A DNA stretch of 64,000 nucleotides, taken from positions 34,313 to 98,312 of the forward strand of contig JAJDCD010000008.1 of NCBI GenBank assembly GCA_029261035.1, written 5' to 3'. This document shows, piece after piece, positions 9,764 to 19,637 of the stretch (its first letter is position 1; every line of letters begins with the position of its first letter). The position numbers and the translations under genes are program-made. This DNA comes from Candidatus Omnitrophota bacterium. GTDB taxonomy: Bacteria > Omnitrophota > Omnitrophia > Omnitrophales > JACROU01. The notes beneath the pieces are model-generated. The model saw only the letters and a list, made by a program, of their open reading frames with translations, ran no database searches and had not been told where the DNA came from.

Positions 9764-10564
9764 TTATGAAATTTTAGAAGCAAAATCTGACGGAGGTGCT
9801 CCCATGATAGAGTAGCCACAATCAACATGAATCACTTCACCCGTTACTCCACTTGATAAATCAGAAGCTAAATAAAGAGCCGTCTTACCAACTTCACTTC
9901 CTTCAACATTACGTTTTAAAGGAGAAACTTTAGAGGAATATTCAATCATCATATCAATATCTCCAACTACAGAAGCCGCTAATGTTTTCTGAGGGCCTGC
10001 TGAAATAGTATTCACGCGTATCTTCTGTTCTCCTAAATCATATGCCAAATATCGAACGGATGCTTCCAAAGCAGCTTTAGCAACTCCCATTACATTATAA
10101 TTAGGCACCACTTTCTCCCCGCCAAGATAACTCAAAGAAAGAATAGAACCTCCGTCACGCATAAGCTGAGAAGCGTACTTAGTCATAGAGACTAAACTAA
10201 AGGTACTAACATTCAAAGCTTGTTGAAAACCTGCTTGTGAGGTATCCAGAAACCTACCTTTCAAATCTTCAATATTTGCAAAAGCTATAGAATGGATAAA
10301 AAAATCAAGATCTCCAAAATCTTTCTCAACAATTTCAAAACCACTTCGAATTGACTCTTCACTCGAAGCATCCATTGGGACCAAAAAGGGGATGTTCAGC
10401 TCTTCTCCTATGCGCTTAACTCTTCTTTCCACCGCCTTAGCTGGTAAATAAGATAAGCCAACTTCTGCCCCCTCACTTAAAAAACTTTGCAGTATATGAT
10501 AAGCATACGAGAATTCATTCACTACCCCTGTAATAATTCCCTTTTTACCTTTTAAAAGTCCCAT
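9764..10564 (-). CDS. fabI: enoyl-[acyl-carrier-protein] reductase (NADH), FabI type
   Basis: MGLLKGKKGIITGVVNEFSYAYHILQSFLSEGAEVGLSY matches the FabI N-terminal dinucleotide-binding region, followed by an SDR core. The start is placed at the internal Met; the 22-aa upstream extension in the 9764..10630 ORF would overlap the preceding gene's stop. Confidence 0.85.
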   Translation of the reverse strand: MGLLKGKKGIITGVVNEFSYAYHILQSFLSEGAEVGLSYLPAKAVERRVKRIGEELNIPFLVPMDASSEESIRSGFEIVEKDFGDLDFFIHSIAFANIEDLKGRFLDTSQAGFQQALNVSTFSLVSMTKYASQLMRDGGSILSLSYLGGEKVVPNYNVMGVAKAALEASVRYLAYDLGEQKIRVNTISAGPQKTLAASVVGDIDMMIEYSSKVSPLKRNVEGSEVGKTALYLASDLSSGVTGEVIHVDCGYSIMGAPPSDFASKIS

Positions 10565-10565
10565 G

Positions 10566-13301
10566 TTATTTCTCAATTTTCTCAGTTTTTTCTGAATAAG
10601 CTTTTTTAGCAAAATGTACAAGATCTCCAAGAATTTTATCAGAAAATTCTTTCTGCAAACTAGACTCGGTCAAAAGATCTTTCAAACCACACCTTCCCAT
10701 CAACACAATGCTACTGATACCATTCCAAAGATTTTTTGAGATAAAAATACTTTTTAACATTTCCTCAAATTTCAAATCCGTCCAAGAGTAATCTTTGATA
10801 CCTTGCTTGTGTATATTACTAACAGATTCAGCTCCATCCAAAACAGACAAAACAGGCTTCCTTAATTTAGGTTCTAACAAATTATCCAAAAGCTCAATTG
10901 CATTAGCTCGAATATAATCATTTTCATCAGTAAAACCCTGAAAAACGATTCGGATGTCTTCAGGTTCACATAAGAGCCCTAATAGAAGAAAAATTCGATG
11001 CACAATCTCATCCAACCTTTTTTCCTGAGCAATCTGAAAAGCATCCGTATCACTAAAAGTTTTCTCCATTTTCCACTGATAGCCACTCAAAAATTTAAGT
11101 ATGTTTTCATATTCATTAATCTGAGCTAATATTTCCTTTTTTATAGTCTTTTCGTTAAAAACTAATTCCAAATTCTCTACACGTACTTTATTCATTGTTT
11201 CTAAAGTTGAGTTTTTTAACTTTCCACTCACCTGAGTTAGTAGATTTTCTAAAATTGATACAATTTTTTGTTTGGGAATCATGCCTGCAATCTTAAATAA
11301 TTTTACGCGACAAGATGTAGTTAATTCATTATCTTTTAATAATTTTTCAATTTCTTGCACAAATAATTCTTCATCTAAAATTAGATCCTCCATCACTTCC
11401 ATAACTCCATCTGAAGCATCCACTGATATATAAGCTCTTAATTTATCTTCTATCGCTTGTCTTTTTACATCGTTTGCATTCTTAGAATTCGTTACTTGAT
11501 CGATAGATGAAAAATCACTTTTAATCCTCTTATAATTTTTCCTCAAACCTTCAAACTCTTCCACAGACATACTTTCAGCATTTAAAACTAAAAATAAAAA
11601 GGCTACTTTTTGGATTAATGGGTATCGACTAGATAAATATTCTTTCATATCTGCTTCATTTGATTTTTTTGTACAATCTTCAAGGAACTGCATGTAAACT
11701 TCAATATCAATTAAATTTATTGCTTTTATTAAAATTCTTAACTCTTCTTCAATCTGAAGATCAAGCGGGTCCAAATCGTTAGGCTTAACAATAAGTTTCA
11801 GTTCCTTTTTTGCAACATCAAGCCTTTCTAGATCAAGCGAAACAAACAATTCACTGTTTTTACTGCTCTTAACATAATTTAAGAGTTTCAACACAAGGAA
11901 CCGGTCAGATAACTCAGAAGAAAGAAAAGTGTTCATATAACTATTAAGCAAAGCTGATTCACTTGATTTAACATCAATATGAGATATTTCCGTTTTCTCA
12001 CGATAGAGTTGTTTTCTTAACTCTTTTAAGTACTCCTTCTTCATCACAAAAGCAACAAACAACCAAACTCCAATCAAGAAAACAGTTAGGTAACTTAAAT
12101 TTTTCAAATCAGTAATTAAAAACCCCGTTACAAGCAATATCAACAGACTTCCAAATGCCTTAGCTGATCGATATCCAACCATATCTATAAATGGTTTAAC
12201 CTTATATCTAATTTCTCGGCTAATTGGCAAATACAGAACTTCTTTAGTTGCCTGATTTAGGGAGTAATTCAAACTACCGTCATACATCATAGTGAAAACA
12301 GCTGACCATAGTAACGGATGAATTAATATAGCAATATTTCCAAACAAAAGTCCTAGAGGTAAAATTAATAGTGCAACCTTCACTCCCAAATGTCGTAAGA
12401 CTTTGCTCGTTAGAAAAAACTGTATGGAAAAGGAAATCATATTTAACGTTCCCCAAAACCAACCAAAAAAAGCAGTCTTTCCCTCCAACCCAATAAAAGA
12501 AGTTTGAACTATTCCGTTAAACTGATATTCCACTAACGTTGAAACAAGTTTAGCTAAGAAAACAACGGAAAGAAGCATAATTAAATATTTAGATTTCCAT
12601 AAATCTTTAAATAAAACCTTCTCCCCTTTTTGCTCCTTCTTTTCATTTTCTTCTACTTCAATATCGTGATGCAACTTACTTTCAGGACTTGAATTTTCTC
12701 TTTTCCATACCCACTGAATTAGTATTACAGAAAAAAACAGAACGCACGCGGCTACAAGTAGCAAATTTATGGTTCCTACAGACTTCACCAAAATTCCAGT
12801 GACATACCCCCCCGTCATCCCGCCTAAAATGCCCCCACTACCTATAAAACCGAAAAGACGCTTCGCCTCTCTCGTATTAAAAATGTCATTCGACAGTGTC
12901 CAGAATTGTGTCACACTCATTATAGAAAAAATAGATACCCAAATATAAAAAATAGCTGGAAGAGCCCAAAAGTTCACATATGTCAACAACCACCAGAATG
13001 CAAAAATATTAGAAATAAAGAACAGAACTGTTCCTATCAATAACCTATTTTTTCTTTTTTTATTAGTAAAGCGAACATAAACAGAAACAACGCCCATAAG
13101 TACTAGAATTGTTATAAACCATACATACGGAAGGTTCTCAAACCCTGATTTTTCAAGAAAGATAGCACTGCGGATAGGCTTTAGGATATAAAGACAGGTA
13201 ATGGTAATGAAGAAATACACAAACATAAGAAGAGTTTTACCCCACTCTTCTCTTCTTATCTTAATAATTGGTTGAACTAGACGTGTAATTAAATTAAGCA
13301 T
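10566..13301 (-). CDS. TLC-family (ATP/ADP translocase-like, NTT-like) membrane transporter fused to a C-terminal HEAT-like repeat domain
   Basis: The N-terminal about 430 aa has roughly 12 TM helices with TLC-family landmarks (IIKIRREEWGKTLLMFVYFFITITCLYILKPIRSAIFL; FWTLSNDIFNTREAKRLFGFIGSGG, cf. Rickettsia Tlc EAKRFYSMFGLL). The C-terminal about 480 aa is soluble and helical-repeat-like. Confidence 0.65.
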   Translation of the reverse strand: MLNLITRLVQPIIKIRREEWGKTLLMFVYFFITITCLYILKPIRSAIFLEKSGFENLPYVWFITILVLMGVVSVYVRFTNKKRKNRLLIGTVLFFISNIFAFWWLLTYVNFWALPAIFYIWVSIFSIMSVTQFWTLSNDIFNTREAKRLFGFIGSGGILGGMTGGYVTGILVKSVGTINLLLVAACVLFFSVILIQWVWKRENSSPESKLHHDIEVEENEKKEQKGEKVLFKDLWKSKYLIMLLSVVFLAKLVSTLVEYQFNGIVQTSFIGLEGKTAFFGWFWGTLNMISFSIQFFLTSKVLRHLGVKVALLILPLGLLFGNIAILIHPLLWSAVFTMMYDGSLNYSLNQATKEVLYLPISREIRYKVKPFIDMVGYRSAKAFGSLLILLVTGFLITDLKNLSYLTVFLIGVWLFVAFVMKKEYLKELRKQLYREKTEISHIDVKSSESALLNSYMNTFLSSELSDRFLVLKLLNYVKSSKNSELFVSLDLERLDVAKKELKLIVKPNDLDPLDLQIEEELRILIKAINLIDIEVYMQFLEDCTKKSNEADMKEYLSSRYPLIQKVAFLFLVLNAESMSVEEFEGLRKNYKRIKSDFSSIDQVTNSKNANDVKRQAIEDKLRAYISVDASDGVMEVMEDLILDEELFVQEIEKLLKDNELTTSCRVKLFKIAGMIPKQKIVSILENLLTQVSGKLKNSTLETMNKVRVENLELVFNEKTIKKEILAQINEYENILKFLSGYQWKMEKTFSDTDAFQIAQEKRLDEIVHRIFLLLGLLCEPEDIRIVFQGFTDENDYIRANAIELLDNLLEPKLRKPVLSVLDGAESVSNIHKQGIKDYSWTDLKFEEMLKSIFISKNLWNGISSIVLMGRCGLKDLLTESSLQKEFSDKILGDLVHFAKKAYSEKTEKIEK

Positions 13302-13445
13302 GTCCTAGGTTTCCATAGAGTAGCTATAAAATTTAGTAAAATAATCAGGTAGTTTCTCATGTAATAACTTAAGTTTCAATAAAAAACCCTTATATGTTTT
13401 ACGAAATAGGTGCAGGTTCAGATTTAAAGTAATTAAAAGGTAGGA

Positions 13446-15128
13446 TTACTTACTTTGATGCCGGATTCCGGATAGTTTGTAAGCCCCCGTCTCAGAGGAT
13501 TTCTCAAAACTTAAATCTACAGAAGGGTTCCACTTTGATTCTTTTTGATTCCATTTACTAATTTCAGCTATTAGCGACTCAGATGATAAGGCAAAATCAA
13601 TGGCAGATGAAGCAAAATCCATAGAAGAAACTAACTTTCTCTTCTTAGAAGAAGCATCCCAAATTTGAAGTTTATATTTAACAGGTTCAGAACTCAATTC
13701 ATAAAACTTCTCTAAATCCGTAAAAGAGACACTTAATGAATCCCCGCTAACAGAGACTTTAAAATCATCCAAAGGAGAAACTACAGAAAACCAATACGCT
13801 CCAATTAAACGTTGCCTTTCTAACAATGTCTTTAACAAATAAGCTTCCGCATCTGGATTAGAATACTTTGCCACCGAAACTAACTGCTCAAGATCTTTAG
13901 GTTTAAATTTCATTAAAATCTTAGCAGCCCAAAAAGCATCAGACAAATCCATATCTTGAAAAGAATAATGCTGAAATGCAGGCTTCCAATCAGCTGGATC
14001 AAATTCAATATTGTCATAATAACCTATTGAAGGGTACTTCACTAAGGGCTCCGAAGATGCCAATCTTTTCTCCCAGCGTCTTTTATAAAGACCCAAACTC
14101 AAAATTCTTTTTGAAATCACTTCATAATCAAAGAAGAATTCATTCCCCAAATTAGCTTCCTTTTCACGCGTTCCAGCGCTTCCAAAAGCTGAGCCAAAGT
14201 CCAAAAAGTAATACTTTAAATATTTTTCGCCATTTTTTTCAATCAAAGTAGATAAAGTATTTCCCTTCCTTAAGTCCACATTATTGACCCAACTGCTTAA
14301 TACAGGAAGAGCTCTAAATTCCCTTCTATTTATATGACGATAAAAATCATTAGGGTCATCTTTTCGGTAAAAATCATAGGGCATAACTCCCTTTATATCT
14401 CCCCCTATTTTAAGGCTTGCAGAAGCTCTAACAGTACCGTCAGCCAGTCTCTCAATTTTATTCATCAAATCTCTAATTCCAGCATCGGTTAATTTCATTT
14501 TAAATCCGTCACTGTTATAAAACTGAGCATCTTCAGCTGCTGTTAAAATAGATGGGTCGAAGTAAACAACCCGATACTGAGGAACATTATAACCAGCAGC
14601 ATGGTAAATTCTACTCGCAATAGCTTCAGCTCCTGAAGCAAGCTCATTATTTCCAATGGGATCAAATTTAATTAAATACTCATCTCCTTTAGAATCTCTC
14701 ATAAAAAATCCAGGGTTAATTCCATCTACCTTACCCTTTGTAATAACCCAAGGCCCTTTAGTTTCGGGTCCGTCATTTATTTCAGGACCTTGCAATAAGT
14801 CAGAAACAGAATAACCATTTTTTCCAATTCTATTTTCAAAAAACTGCGAGTCTGTCACTTCATCATAAATGTTCACATTCAGAGCCGAAGCATCTCTGCC
14901 TAGTAATTTGTTAGCTGTTCTACCTAAATAAAACCACTGTATCAGCCTATCATAAAATCCATCATTAAAGAAATCTGAATACATACTTGTTTTATAATTC
15001 TTTAAATTATCAACTTCTTGAGTCGACAATGCGTGAATGTGTTCTTTTGCCAGAGCAGAAGGAACCCCACTAGTAAATACAAATACAGCTAATAAAAATG
15101 AAATTGTAAAATTTTTAATTTTCGTCAT
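13446..15128 (-). CDS. secreted hypothetical protein with protein-kinase-like catalytic motifs
   Basis: Signal peptide (MTKIKNFTISFLLAVFVFTSGVPSALA). Motifs YLIKF (Lys154), NELASGAEAIASRIY (possible alphaC Glu), VDLRKGN (286-291, HxDLKxxN-like catalytic loop) and FLDFGSAFG (DFG at 310-312) sit at kinase-compatible spacing. Inference only. Confidence 0.35.
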   Translation of the reverse strand: MTKIKNFTISFLLAVFVFTSGVPSALAKEHIHALSTQEVDNLKNYKTSMYSDFFNDGFYDRLIQWFYLGRTANKLLGRDASALNVNIYDEVTDSQFFENRIGKNGYSVSDLLQGPEINDGPETKGPWVITKGKVDGINPGFFMRDSKGDEYLIKFDPIGNNELASGAEAIASRIYHAAGYNVPQYRVVYFDPSILTAAEDAQFYNSDGFKMKLTDAGIRDLMNKIERLADGTVRASASLKIGGDIKGVMPYDFYRKDDPNDFYRHINRREFRALPVLSSWVNNVDLRKGNTLSTLIEKNGEKYLKYYFLDFGSAFGSAGTREKEANLGNEFFFDYEVISKRILSLGLYKRRWEKRLASSEPLVKYPSIGYYDNIEFDPADWKPAFQHYSFQDMDLSDAFWAAKILMKFKPKDLEQLVSVAKYSNPDAEAYLLKTLLERQRLIGAYWFSVVSPLDDFKVSVSGDSLSVSFTDLEKFYELSSEPVKYKLQIWDASSKKRKLVSSMDFASSAIDFALSSESLIAEISKWNQKESKWNPSVDLSFEKSSETGAYKLSGIRHQSK

Positions 15129-15138
15129 ATCTTATATC

Positions 15139-16470
15139 CTAAAAAGCTGTCTTTGTTTTAAAGTAAAATTCTGTTCCTTCACCACTTTTAGCCACTTCTA
15201 TATTTAAGAAGGTTTTGCTTGCTACTCTAAATCTAAAAGCGCTTCCATAACTGAGTTTGGAGTTTGATATTTCAAAGTCGTCTCCCTCACCAAATACAGA
15301 CCCTAAATCCAAAAATGGGGCCATATCTAATCTGAAAATACGGTACTTCCAAATATTGTACCGATACTCCATATTCATCCAAAGGGCATTATTATCGAAA
15401 AAACGATTATATTGGTACCCTCTTATTGTTTCAGAGCCCCCTAAGCGAGCCATATCAAAAAATGGCAATGTCCCATTAGCAACCTTATCATTAAATTCCC
15501 CACCCACTTTTAAACCGATAACACTATCCGTCTTATATACCTTAAAATACTGCGCCGCACTGAACTTATATTTCATGTACTCATAATCAGCCCCATCAAC
15601 TCCTTTGTTGTAATAAACGGATGCAGACCTAACACCGCCACGAGTTGGAAAACCTTTGTTATCTCTATCATCATGAACAATTTCTAAACCGACAGTATGA
15701 TAATCGCCTCCATTAACACCCGATAAGTTTTGCTCAATGAAAAAGTCCTGTATATCCCTTTTTCCCGTATCTTGTCCATTTGATATTTTAACATCGTTAA
15801 ATGCATACATTGCTTCGACATTTAAAGAACCCCAGATCAAGTCGAATTCCTTACCTACTTTGGTATCGTACAGCATTCTCTGATAATCATAAGTAAAACT
15901 ATTGGCTCTCGAAGACCTTCGTCCAACCCCAAAAAAATCTTCTTGAGGTCTGCTTTCGAATAGAAATGTTTGATTAGCATAAACACCTGTATTCAAAATA
16001 TTCTTTAAAACAAGCTGGCCTGCGTTTTCATTGTAAAGCTGAGAACTAAGCCCTGTCCAAGCTTTAAATCCAGCGCTCTCCACAAAAGGAGATAATTTAA
16101 TCAAATCATCTTTTACGACAGTAACTCTGCCCCCAAGACCACCCGAATGCTTAGATGCTTTCCCTGATAAATAGATTCCCTTATCGGTTAATTCTTTCAC
16201 TAGCCAGATAGTTTTATCTTCAACATGATACTTATCTACCCAATTCAATACATTATCCGCTAAATATTTGGTTAATTCTAAGGGGTAAGCTGGAAGAGAA
16301 AGGATTCTTTCTGTTAAAGTTATTTTTTGTTTTTGATATGTCCCTGTTCGCAGATCCTCTGTATAGCGATCATAAGTTAAATCTTGCGCGAATACAGAAA
16401 CTGAAGGCAGAAATATAGATATGAACAAAATACAAAATAATTTAGTCCATTTTTGCAAATAATTCGTCAT
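15139..16470 (-). CDS. Omp85-family (bacterial surface antigen) outer-membrane beta-barrel protein
   Basis: Signal peptide, LGGSETIRGYQYNRF (Omp85 GGxxxxRGY motif), alternating beta-strand pattern and C-terminal ...FYFKTKTAF ending in Phe. Confidence 0.7.
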   Translation of the reverse strand: MTNYLQKWTKLFCILFISIFLPSVSVFAQDLTYDRYTEDLRTGTYQKQKITLTERILSLPAYPLELTKYLADNVLNWVDKYHVEDKTIWLVKELTDKGIYLSGKASKHSGGLGGRVTVVKDDLIKLSPFVESAGFKAWTGLSSQLYNENAGQLVLKNILNTGVYANQTFLFESRPQEDFFGVGRRSSRANSFTYDYQRMLYDTKVGKEFDLIWGSLNVEAMYAFNDVKISNGQDTGKRDIQDFFIEQNLSGVNGGDYHTVGLEIVHDDRDNKGFPTRGGVRSASVYYNKGVDGADYEYMKYKFSAAQYFKVYKTDSVIGLKVGGEFNDKVANGTLPFFDMARLGGSETIRGYQYNRFFDNNALWMNMEYRYNIWKYRIFRLDMAPFLDLGSVFGEGDDFEISNSKLSYGSAFRFRVASKTFLNIEVAKSGEGTEFYFKTKTAF

Positions 16471-16559
16471 TAAAATTTCCTATTGGTATATCTGGGGTCA
16501 ATAATTAATATTAGGGTGCACATTGTACATATAAAGAGGAATGAATTCCAACTTTTTTT

Positions 16560-17252
16560 TTACATAGCTCCAGGACCCTGAATCTGGCTTTCTTTATGCT
16601 TTAAATAAAAGGATTTTATTTCCTTTACCACATTAACAGGATCGTCAATTACTTTGAATAGTTTTAAATCTGATCTATCAATATTCTTTTCTTTTAGCAT
16701 GGAGTCCTCAATCCACTCCAACAAACCTTGCCAGTATTCACTGCCGACAAGAATAACAGGAAATTTGTGTATTCGTTTTGTCTGAATCAACGTTAGAGCT
16801 TCAAAGAACTCATCCAACGTTCCGAAACCACCTGGCATAATAATAAAAGCCGTAGAATGCTTCACAAACATCACTTTTCTACAAAAGAAATATCGAAAAT
16901 TAAACAAGTGAGTAATAAACTTATTTGAGGACTGTTCCAAAGGCAATTCAATATTTAAACCTATAGAAATTCCTTTTTTTTCTTTAGCTCCTCTATTGCC
17001 AGCTTCCATCATCCCAGGCCCACCGCCTGTAATAACTCCAAAACCCGCTTCTACTAATAAACCTGCTATTTTCCTTCCTAATTTATAATACTTATTTTTA
17101 GCATTCGTACGAGCTGAACCAAAAATGGACACAGCAGGTGTTAAATGAGGCAAACTCTCTAAACCATCCACAAATTCAGATAGAATTCTAAATAAGCGCC
17201 ATGGCTCTGCTGCTAATACGTCGTTCTTCGTCTCTTTGGATTTCTTTTTCAT
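16560..17252 (-). CDS. LOG-family (TIGR00730) Rossmann-fold nucleotide 5'-monophosphate nucleosidase
   Basis: VSIFGSARTNAKNKYYKLGRKIAGLLVEAGFGVITGGGPGMMEAGNRGA...IIMPGGFGTLDEFFEALTLIQT, with the GGGxGxMxxxxxGA and PGGxGTxxE motifs. Confidence 0.85.
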   Translation of the reverse strand: MKKKSKETKNDVLAAEPWRLFRILSEFVDGLESLPHLTPAVSIFGSARTNAKNKYYKLGRKIAGLLVEAGFGVITGGGPGMMEAGNRGAKEKKGISIGLNIELPLEQSSNKFITHLFNFRYFFCRKVMFVKHSTAFIIMPGGFGTLDEFFEALTLIQTKRIHKFPVILVGSEYWQGLLEWIEDSMLKEKNIDRSDLKLFKVIDDPVNVVKEIKSFYLKHKESQIQGPGAM

Positions 17253-17260
17253 AAAACCCC

Positions 17261-17722
17261 CTAGTTTCTAGATAAACTAAACTCTCTTCGTTCTTTAGCT
17301 TCAGCGTTTCGTCTTCGTTCTTCATCTGAATCAAGAATCAACTCGGGAACTCGTTTCTTGTGCCCTTTCTCATCTGTAGCAACCATAGTAAAGTAGCAAG
17401 AATTCGTATGTCGAACAGTTCCGTGCAACAAATCTTCAGCAAAAATCTTAATTCCAACCTCAACAGAGGTCTTCCCAACATAATTTACGGATGCCTTAAA
17501 CTGGACTAATTCCCCAACGCGAATAGGCTTTTTAAATAAAACCTGATCCACAGACATAGTCACACATAACGACTCCGCATGCCTAGAGGCACAAACATAA
17601 GCTACTTTGTCAGCAATACTAAGTATAACACCTCCATGGACAAACCCTGCGTGATTGGCATCATTAGGCATCATCAGCTGGCCCATTTCTGTTTTGGATT
17701 CCCTTACTTTTTTAGGTTTCAT
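17261..17722 (-). CDS. acyl-CoA thioesterase, hotdog fold (YciA/4HBT-like)
   Basis: MPNDANHAGFVHGGVILSIADKVAYVCASRHA, the hotdog thioesterase signature, in 153 aa. Confidence 0.8.
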   Translation of the reverse strand: MKPKKVRESKTEMGQLMMPNDANHAGFVHGGVILSIADKVAYVCASRHAESLCVTMSVDQVLFKKPIRVGELVQFKASVNYVGKTSVEVGIKIFAEDLLHGTVRHTNSCYFTMVATDEKGHKKRVPELILDSDEERRRNAEAKERREFSLSRN

Positions 17723-17784
17723 ATCAATCTCCTTGAATATTAAATATCGTCGAAAGTGTTAATTCGCTGAAGTAAGAAGAATTT

Positions 17785-18315
17785 CTACCTCTTGGATAAA
17801 TAAAGAGCTGCCAATATAGTTTTCCCATCCTTAATCTTGCCCGACCGAATCATTGTGTTCACTTGATTTAGTGAGAAAGCTTGAACCTCCAGAAACTCAT
17901 CCTCATCCGGCTGACCTTGTTTAGGATATAGATCTGTTGCCAAAAATAAGTGCATATGCTCTGTGCTGATCCCTGGTGTAGGATAAAATGAAAGCAGTTT
18001 TTTAAAACTTTTAGCAGAATGGTTTGTTTCTTCCACAAGTTCTCTTTTAGCACACGTCAGAGGCTTTTCCTTACCATCACATGTCCCCGCAGGAAACTCC
18101 CAAAAATACTTATTTACAGCATATCTATGTTGCCGAACCAAAATCAATTTTTTGTTTTTAAATTGAGGAACAATAACAGCCACATCAGGATGCTTAATCA
18201 CTTCTCTTTTTAATGTTTTTTTATGGTCTTTAACTTGTATCTCTTCCACTAATAGCTGAATTCGCGAGCCTTTATATACTGTTTTACTTTTTTTTATTTT
18301 TATAAAACTTCTCAT
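17785..18315 (-). CDS. Nudix hydrolase (ADP-ribose pyrophosphatase-like)
   Basis: Nudix box GTCDGKEKPLTCAKRELVEETNH (GX5EX7REUXEEXGU). Confidence 0.8.
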   Translation of the reverse strand: MRSFIKIKKSKTVYKGSRIQLLVEEIQVKDHKKTLKREVIKHPDVAVIVPQFKNKKLILVRQHRYAVNKYFWEFPAGTCDGKEKPLTCAKRELVEETNHSAKSFKKLLSFYPTPGISTEHMHLFLATDLYPKQGQPDEDEFLEVQAFSLNQVNTMIRSGKIKDGKTILAALYLSKR

Positions 18316-18327
18316 ATTATTCCTTTT

Positions 18328-19119
18328 TTATTTTACAATTACAGATAATTTATCACCCAATCTTACTTTCAAATTCTTAGCTGCATCACCTTGATTTATA
18401 GCAACCTCCAATAACCCCAAGCTATTCCAAAGACAAAGAGACTTGCCTTGCTTTACATCAGAAAAACACTGAGAGATCTCTTTGAATTCATTTTTCTTTA
18501 TTTTTATAATTAAATCTTCACCCAAAAAGCTTTTAACATCTTCTTCAGTAATATTCGATATGATATTACCAAACCGATCTATACTTACAACAGAACCCTG
18601 AACTCGTCTCTTTTCCACAAACACCTTCTCCCAACCTATCTCATTCCATTTTTTCATTTTAGGTCCGACATTCGAAAAATTCCCTGCTTTAGATAAATAA
18701 GCAGCTACAGGAGACATAATGTCTCTTCCGTGAAAAGTGCTGCTCACTTTTGACAAAAATAATTTCTTATTTTCAACACTTCTTACAATTGGATTTTCTT
18801 CTCTCTCCAATACAGGGGACAGAAGGCCGTTATCCGGAGCTATAAAAAAACCTTTACTTGTCTTTGCACATAGAATTTTTCTCCCCGCACCGACAGTAGG
18901 ATCAATTACGGAAATACAAATAACACCCTTAGGGAAATAAGCATAATTTGCAAGCAAAGTAAACGCAGCTTCATTTATATTTTGAGGAGATACTTGATGG
19001 GTTACATCCAAAAATTGAATATTTGGATTTTGAGAAAGTAAAACACCCTTCATTGAAGAAACATATCCGTCTCGATCTCCAAAATCCGTCAATAAAGCAA
19101 CAACAGGTCTTTTTATCAT
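18328..19119 (-). CDS. SAM hydrolase / SAM-dependent halogenase-like protein (DUF62, S-adenosyl-L-methionine hydroxide adenosyltransferase family)
   Basis: N-terminus VVALLTDFGDRDGYVSSMKGVLLSQNPNIQFLDVTHQVSPQNINEAAF matches the LTDFGxxDxYVGxMKGV signature. Confidence 0.8.
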   Translation of the reverse strand: MIKRPVVALLTDFGDRDGYVSSMKGVLLSQNPNIQFLDVTHQVSPQNINEAAFTLLANYAYFPKGVICISVIDPTVGAGRKILCAKTSKGFFIAPDNGLLSPVLEREENPIVRSVENKKLFLSKVSSTFHGRDIMSPVAAYLSKAGNFSNVGPKMKKWNEIGWEKVFVEKRRVQGSVVSIDRFGNIISNITEEDVKSFLGEDLIIKIKKNEFKEISQCFSDVKQGKSLCLWNSLGLLEVAINQGDAAKNLKVRLGDKLSVIVK

Positions 19120-19134
19120 TAAAAATACGCTTTC

Positions 19135-19602
19135 TTAGATTTTATGGTAAGGCCCCTCATTGATCATATCAAAGGAGCGATAAAGCGCTTCTATTAAAAA
19201 CAGCCTTACTAATCGGTGAGGCAAAGTAAGCTCGGACAAGGCCCAAACCCAATCTGCTTTTTTCTTTAAACTGTCAGAGACTCCCTGTGGCCCTCCAATT
19301 AAAAAACATAAATTTTTAGTTCCTCTTTGCATTTGGTCTTCGAAATATGAGCTTAAATCTTTGGATGATTTTTGCTTCCCCCGCTCATCTAATACAATGA
19401 GCAAACTATTCGAATCCAACTCCTTTAAGATCAACTTTTCTTCTTGTTCCAATGTTCTTTCCTTGTTCCGAGCATCCGTCTTTGGTCTTATTGTGACAAT
19501 CTCGCATTTTAAAAATCGCTCAAGACGTCTAAAGTAATCTTGCTCTAACGCTTCAACTTCTTTCTGAGAATGTCTTTGAACTGAAATTATTTTTACATTC
19601 AT
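19135..19602 (-). CDS. rlmH: 23S rRNA (pseudouridine1915-N3)-methyltransferase, SPOUT class
   Basis: 155 aa with ...LIVLDERGKQKSSKDL...NLCFLIGGPQGVSDSLKKKADWVWALSELTLPHRLVRLFLIEALYRSF, the RlmH C-terminal SPOUT knot region. Confidence 0.85.
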   Translation of the reverse strand: MNVKIISVQRHSQKEVEALEQDYFRRLERFLKCEIVTIRPKTDARNKERTLEQEEKLILKELDSNSLLIVLDERGKQKSSKDLSSYFEDQMQRGTKNLCFLIGGPQGVSDSLKKKADWVWALSELTLPHRLVRLFLIEALYRSFDMINEGPYHKI

Positions 19603-19637
19603 GAGGCTCGGGTCTTTCAGGTATTATCTTTAAACTA

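Noticed and set aside
9764-10630. Longer 288-aa version of fabI starting MEILYILLKKLIQKKLRKLRNN
   Set aside because: The 22-aa extension is not FabI-like, would overlap the stop of the upstream TLC-HEAT gene, and the canonical FabI N-terminus begins at the internal Met (MGLLKGKKGIITG). The shorter start was preferred.
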